The position numbers and the translations under genes are program-made. The notes under the pieces are model-generated. The model saw only the letters and a program-made list of their open reading frames with translations. It made no database searches and was not told where the DNA came from. Positions 58,576 through 63,365 of a stretch of DNA of 63,365 nt are shown one piece after another. The stretch covers positions 1-63,365 of the IMG/VR virus record IMGVR_UViG_3300025141_000081; one strand, given 5' to 3'. Positions within the stretch are counted from its first letter, which is position 1. Each line of letters opens with the position of its first letter. The DNA is from a virus (taxonomy: Duplodnaviria; Caudoviricetes).

Positions 58576-60003
58576 ATGGCTTTTTATAAATTTTCAGATA
58601 ATGATTTGTTCGTTAACCATATAAAAACGAACCCATCATGTAAATTTGATATGTACGACTCCAAGACTTATTATAATAATAAGTCAGAAATGGTAGGAGC
58701 GTTTGTCAGTAATGTACCTGGAATTCCTACTGGGCACATCAGTCTTCATGAAATAAATGTAGATAGAAACTCCACAGACACTGGACTTGTTTTTCCGTTT
58801 CTGCAAAGAGACAGTTCTTTAACAACCTTTAAAACAATCTCCACAAGTGATTACTATTCCACTGATTATGGTTCTTCAATTAATGCTGTGAGTGGTGCTG
58901 AGTATCCCTTGTCTGCTTCTATAACAAGGGAATTCTTTGATGATAATCATTTTTCTACAATGAAAACGAATAACGAGACAACAGTTGATACCGAACGCAC
59001 AGATCATGGGGGAGAACTAGCGTTGTCAGACCCACCGTTAACCGGAGATGGATTACCTAATTATAAAATAGATGATGATTTTACTTATGCTCCGACAGGA
59101 CTAGCAGGTTCAAGTAGTCTTGATAGATACATAAGACTTAAAGGATTATTGTCCTCTTCTCATGTGAACACACTTGCAAGTACGATTAACCATTATTCGA
59201 ACATGAGCCCTCATTTTAAATATTCGGCTAGTTTCGGATCCGGACATCAAAGAGATTTAGACACAGTACCAGTAAACCTTATAAGCATTCCAAGCATTTT
59301 TTATGGCTCAAATCTTGAGAGAGGGACAATAAGTTTAAAATATTATCTTACTGGCACTTTAATCGGAGAGATCAAAGATGAAAATAAAAATGGAGAACTA
59401 ATCCAAGTAGGCCCTGAAGGGAGCACGGGATCCGGCAGTGTAGCTGGGATTGCCCTATACAGCCAAGGATTTGTTCTACTTACAGGTAGTTGGGACCTAC
59501 AAACTACTGGTCCGTCTAGTGATGCTCAATTGGATTATAAAAACACTGGAACAGCTGTTACCTCATCATGGCTTTACTTTGCTGCTGGAACGAATGACGG
59601 TATACCTGCGGACGGTGATAGCTTGGGAACAAGATATTCTGCAAGCTACTCCATGCATTTCTCAGGCACAAATGAAGTACCGGTTATAACTATGTTTGCC
59701 CATGCAGCAAAAGGTCACCTTAACTATTCTAATAATCCGACGTATTTAACCCACAGTACGGCAGAAAGCGATTACAATGCCATAACAAGTTCAATTTCGT
59801 ATTTAGAGCCAGACTTAGCAACAACAAATATTGTTAGCTCTTCCTTTTCAAACCCAACGGCCAGTTTCGCCAAGGAGACTTATATTTCAAGGATTGGCCT
59901 TTATGATGAAAATAGAAATTTAATTGGCGTGACAACTGTAGCGAAACCGGTTAAGAAGACAGAGGACAGGGAGTTTACGTTTAAAATGAAGTTAGATATA
60001 TGA
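58576..60003 (+). CDS. paralogue of the preceding baseplate/tail-collar-like protein
   Basis: LNYSNNPTY...TYISRIGLYDENRNLIGVTTVAKPVKK...FKMKLDI. Confidence 0.7.
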   Translation: MAFYKFSDNDLFVNHIKTNPSCKFDMYDSKTYYNNKSEMVGAFVSNVPGIPTGHISLHEINVDRNSTDTGLVFPFLQRDSSLTTFKTISTSDYYSTDYGSSINAVSGAEYPLSASITREFFDDNHFSTMKTNNETTVDTERTDHGGELALSDPPLTGDGLPNYKIDDDFTYAPTGLAGSSSLDRYIRLKGLLSSSHVNTLASTINHYSNMSPHFKYSASFGSGHQRDLDTVPVNLISIPSIFYGSNLERGTISLKYYLTGTLIGEIKDENKNGELIQVGPEGSTGSGSVAGIALYSQGFVLLTGSWDLQTTGPSSDAQLDYKNTGTAVTSSWLYFAAGTNDGIPADGDSLGTRYSASYSMHFSGTNEVPVITMFAHAAKGHLNYSNNPTYLTHSTAESDYNAITSSISYLEPDLATTNIVSSSFSNPTASFAKETYISRIGLYDENRNLIGVTTVAKPVKKTEDREFTFKMKLDI

Positions 60004-60533
60004 TACTAGGATTGGATGTTAGCACTTCAGTGACAGGATATACAATTTTAGATGAAGATGCAAACATAATAAAATGTGAAGCATGGGACTTAAGGAACAA
60101 GCGATACTTTCCGGATCTCTATAGTAAAGGATCGCTTATTAACGAACAGTTAAAAGAAGTGAACGCTTCTTATCAAATTAAGCATGTTTATATTGAAGAA
60201 CCCTTCACCTTCTTTCGAACAGGAGGCTCAACAGGCAAGACAATGGCAAAGCTACAAGCATTTAATGGAATAGTATCCTGGTTGTGTCGTGACATTTTTA
60301 ACTTTAATCCGACACACATCTCTTCTGCCAAAGCAAGAAAGTTAAATGGTATCAAAGTATCAAGAGGACAAAAGGCAAAAGAAGTTGTTTTGAACTATTT
60401 ATTGAAGAATGAAGAGTCTTTTACTATCGAATATACTAATAGGGGAAACCCTAAACCCGTTTCATACGATAGAGCAGACAGTTTAATTATAGCGAGAGCC
60501 GGTTCTCGACTGCTTGGAGAAAAACCAGAATGA
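60000..60533 (+). CDS. RuvC-like Holliday junction resolvase
   Basis: MILGLDVSTSVTG, VYIEE, YDRADSLIIA acidic catalytic pattern. Confidence 0.85.
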   Translation: MILGLDVSTSVTGYTILDEDANIIKCEAWDLRNKRYFPDLYSKGSLINEQLKEVNASYQIKHVYIEEPFTFFRTGGSTGKTMAKLQAFNGIVSWLCRDIFNFNPTHISSAKARKLNGIKVSRGQKAKEVVLNYLLKNEESFTIEYTNRGNPKPVSYDRADSLIIARAGSRLLGEKPE

Positions 60534-63365
60534 GTCTAAAATTAACGGAAGCCCAGATACAGAGTATCATTCTTGAAGAGGCAAAGGCAATCTTGTTGGA
60601 GGGGCCCGAAAAAGACTCCATTGAAGTTAATAGAGCTATTGATAGTATAAAACAAGAAGATTATGCAAAAAATATTCCACCGTTTTTTGCAAATACAAGA
60701 AAACAATTTACTTATTGGGGCGTTATTTCCGACGTTTGGGTTCCTTATTTCAGAAAAAATCCAGACATTAATGCTGAACAATTTTTGACTAGCGAAGATT
60801 CGAAATCTAAAGAGCTAGAAGAGTGGCTGGGGGAATCTGAATTGGGGGCAAATACAGCTTCTTTTGCTGAACAAATTATAATATGGTATCTTCTTGGAGG
60901 CTTTACCGGAGCGCTACGAGCGCTCATGACTAAGCTTGGAGTGGTGAACCCTAGAGACCTTAAGGACGAGGTGGGGAAAGCGGCAGAAAAGTTTAAATCA
61001 ATTTTTATTGATTTTCCGCTACTAGAAAAAGACGTTCAAGCCCTTATAGACAAAGTACAAACAGGTACAGGACCAGAACCAGCAGCTGAAGAGGAACCAG
61101 CAGCTGAAGCGGAACCAACAGCTACTCCTGCTTCTACACCTGCTCTTGCTCAGAGAGGGAGAATCTTATTCCCTAAAAGCGAAGCGGTTGGACAAGTTCA
61201 GGCAATCTTGAATAGGAGAGGCGCAGACCTTACTCCAGATCGGTTGTTCGGCCCTAAGACTTTGGCTGCATGGCAGAAGGCTACAAAAAGGACAGACGTA
61301 CCGAATACGGCGAAAGAAGCTCTAAAAGCTCTAAAAGCTCTAGCCCCACAGACAGCCGCACAGACAGCCGCACAGACAGCCGCACAGACAGCCGCACAGA
61401 CAGCTAGTGCTCCTGCGTATAAAGTTCCCCCAAGAGAGATTCAAGCCCAGATTTTTGCTTACGACAAAGCAATAAGACTAAGTACGAATGGTTGGAGGCC
61501 CAAGGGCACAGGAATTGATTATAGTAATCCAAGCGATGAGGACTTCAATAATCCGAATTACTATGCCCAGGATAGTTTAAAAGCCCTTAAAAACAGAATA
61601 ACTGGATTCAACGACACGCTAAGAAATAAAGAAATCGATAAAAAAGTAAAGAAAGAACTTATTAAGCGACGAAATGCAGCAACCACAAATTATAATGAAA
61701 GAGTCAAGCGTATCTTTAATGCGAAGCAAGAGCGAGAGAAATTGGAAAGAAAATATTCTACATCTTCCCTTAGCAAAGCGCAGATACAAGAGATCATCCA
61801 GGAAGAGACTCTTAAGGTATTAAAAAAAAAACTAGATGAAGACATGGGGGCACCGTTGGGCACTGCCGAGAAAAGCTCGGCTCGTGGGTTGGGTTCCATG
61901 GGAGCTAAGAAAGGAACCTTCGCTTCAAAAGTATCGACAGCAGCCAAAGGAGCTTATGGTGCTACAAAGACTGCTGGCCAGGCCATGGGATTCATCGGGG
62001 ATAGAGGTAGCAAAGCTCTAGTAGCGGCAGCCGGGAGTGCCAAGAAGGGGACCGGGTCAGCTCTACTCAGATTTCTTGGTGTTGGTATAGTAGGTAGACT
62101 GGTAGGTTGGTTCTTTTCCTGGCCTGTGATGGTTGGCTGGCAGGTGTGGGATGAGCTTGTATCCCCATTTACAATAGAGGCAGAGCGCGGAGACATAACA
62201 AAAACTTACAAGCAAATGGCTAATTCACAGGAGGCCTCTCAAAAGAGAGACAATATAGATAAATTCTCTGGGAGCTTCCTTATCAAGGTCCAGGAGTACG
62301 TGAAGGGCTATAAAGGCTTTAGCTTCTTAGACCTCGTTTTAGACCTTACGGGTGGCTTGACAAATATAATTCTTAATTTTAACACCGATTTGGTTGGGTT
62401 TATCACTTCTAAATTCACAGACAATCCCGTGTCAGCTGCGATTAAGAAGAGGAGAGTCGAAGCTTCTGTGCAATTCTTTAAGGTTTTGCAAGAGTACGGA
62501 CCCGAAGTTAGAGACAGCGAAGGAAACATCGTTCCCAACACCCCCCAAAAGGTACAGAGTTTAGAACAAGCCCTTAGTACTAAGATTGATGAATTTCTTA
62601 AGCAAGAATACGATATCCTGTTAACAACTGATATGGCGGATTTAATAGGAGATTCTATTCCCACCAAAGACGAAGCGAAAGCAGAATTGCAAGCATCGGC
62701 CAATCCATTAATCAAAGCGTGCTTAGACTATTATAGTTTTATAGGAGGGGCACAGGCTTCCCAAGGCAGAAAAGCTTCTGCCACTACTACAGCAGGCCCC
62801 ACAGCAGGCCCCACAGCAACTGGGGCAGCAGCAGGGACCGCTGTTGCAGCCACCACTAGAACAACACCTAAGCCTGCTACCTACTCTGGCAGAGCTAGGG
62901 AGCTGACGCAGAAAGTTGTTGATCTTCTTAAGTCACACGGGGTTAAGGACAGCGACCAGCAAGGTGCTTGGATTTCTTGGTCGAAGCGAGTGACCAAGAG
63001 GGACAACACTGTTAGAGACCAAACTATACTCTCTGTTATAGAGGAATGGTTTGGTCTCACAGGTGAAAAAACTATGAGAGAAAACCGCGAACTCATGGAA
63101 GCTGTTGGTCTTATTTTGCCTGTGAAAGGTGAATATGAATTCGAAGATTTTGTTCGCTGGCTTGAAGACAACAATGAGCAGTCTGGTTTGCCACCCAAAT
63201 ATGGGCTCTGGGATCCCAGACATCTTCGGAGATATTTAAACTATGTTCGCACCTTCAAGAGAAGTGAAGCCCGTGCTGCAAGGCAAGACAAAAGGTCAGA
63301 AAGAATTTCTAACAGGGCCAAAGAAAATAGAGAAGAAATCTTGTCCTTAGCCCGTGAGCTTGAAA
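60530..63365 (+). CDS. large 3'-truncated protein (>945 aa) with a peptidoglycan-binding-like domain; missing from the ORF track
   Basis: ATGA overlap with the RuvC-like stop; begins MSLKLTEAQIQSIILEEAKAILLE; same frame is open at the window end (...EILSLARELE); VGQVQAILNRRGADLTPDRLFGPKTLAAWQK at about 61187-61279 resembles PG_binding_1. Confidence 0.85.
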   Translation, partial: MSLKLTEAQIQSIILEEAKAILLEGPEKDSIEVNRAIDSIKQEDYAKNIPPFFANTRKQFTYWGVISDVWVPYFRKNPDINAEQFLTSEDSKSKELEEWLGESELGANTASFAEQIIIWYLLGGFTGALRALMTKLGVVNPRDLKDEVGKAAEKFKSIFIDFPLLEKDVQALIDKVQTGTGPEPAAEEEPAAEAEPTATPASTPALAQRGRILFPKSEAVGQVQAILNRRGADLTPDRLFGPKTLAAWQKATKRTDVPNTAKEALKALKALAPQTAAQTAAQTAAQTAAQTASAPAYKVPPREIQAQIFAYDKAIRLSTNGWRPKGTGIDYSNPSDEDFNNPNYYAQDSLKALKNRITGFNDTLRNKEIDKKVKKELIKRRNAATTNYNERVKRIFNAKQEREKLERKYSTSSLSKAQIQEIIQEETLKVLKKKLDEDMGAPLGTAEKSSARGLGSMGAKKGTFASKVSTAAKGAYGATKTAGQAMGFIGDRGSKALVAAAGSAKKGTGSALLRFLGVGIVGRLVGWFFSWPVMVGWQVWDELVSPFTIEAERGDITKTYKQMANSQEASQKRDNIDKFSGSFLIKVQEYVKGYKGFSFLDLVLDLTGGLTNIILNFNTDLVGFITSKFTDNPVSAAIKKRRVEASVQFFKVLQEYGPEVRDSEGNIVPNTPQKVQSLEQALSTKIDEFLKQEYDILLTTDMADLIGDSIPTKDEAKAELQASANPLIKACLDYYSFIGGAQASQGRKASATTTAGPTAGPTATGAAAGTAVAATTRTTPKPATYSGRARELTQKVVDLLKSHGVKDSDQQGAWISWSKRVTKRDNTVRDQTILSVIEEWFGLTGEKTMRENRELMEAVGLILPVKGEYEFEDFVRWLEDNNEQSGLPPKYGLWDPRHLRRYLNYVRTFKRSEARAARQDKRSERISNRAKENREEILSLARELE
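61349..61404 (+). repeat. 12-nt coding tandem repeat (QTAA) x4.7
   Basis: cagacagccgca units are directly visible. Confidence 0.95.

Noticed and set aside
5053-63223. Numerous minus-strand and nested ORFs in the track (e.g. 5183-5836, 7387-8082, 8116-8706, 31735-32217, 62308-62715)
   Set aside because: They lie opposite or inside long coherent + strand genes and are Ser/Phe/Leu-rich mirror translations without motifs.
1-63365. Stop-codon reassignment
   Set aside because: Multi-kb ORFs are intact in the standard code, and TAA, TAG and TGA all end genes at tight junctions.

Overview
63 kb from a large (probably jumbo) contractile-tailed dsDNA phage, distantly T4-like. Genes are densely packed, all credible ones lie on the + strand, the genetic code is standard, and GC is about 38-42% by eye except for a ~60% GC block at 1-1560. 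From left to right: (1) a high-GC LamG protein module with 57-nt tandem repeats; (2) a block of putative head-associated proteins sharing amphipathic Glu-terminated leaders, including a ParB/Srx-like protein, a protein kinase-like enzyme, a 1701-aa acidic protein and a zincin-LysM-M23 protein; (3) a Fis-like HTH gene, an AT-rich spacer, a complete tmRNA (tag ANNNNQFELALAA) overlapped by a membrane-protein ORF, and an HNH gene; (4) PIN-PhoH, a zincin and a Cas4-like nuclease; (5) five glycosyltransferase-like genes plus fcl and gmd (GDP-fucose pathway) behind a near-consensus sigma70 promoter; (6) a gp55-like late sigma factor; (7) a ~33 kb baseplate/tail module; (8) a RuvC-like resolvase and a large ORF, absent from the supplied track, that runs off the window. 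An ACTAWTTA-type motif precedes many genes and is the likely late promoter. The leading candidates for an undescribed system are (a) phage-encoded glycosylation of selected baseplate proteins, which are strongly enriched in an [S/T]-[G/A/S]-S motif, and (b) a modular capsid-targeting leader that loads enzymes such as a kinase into the head. Family assignments come from motif recognition by eye; no searches were run, and all counts are manual.
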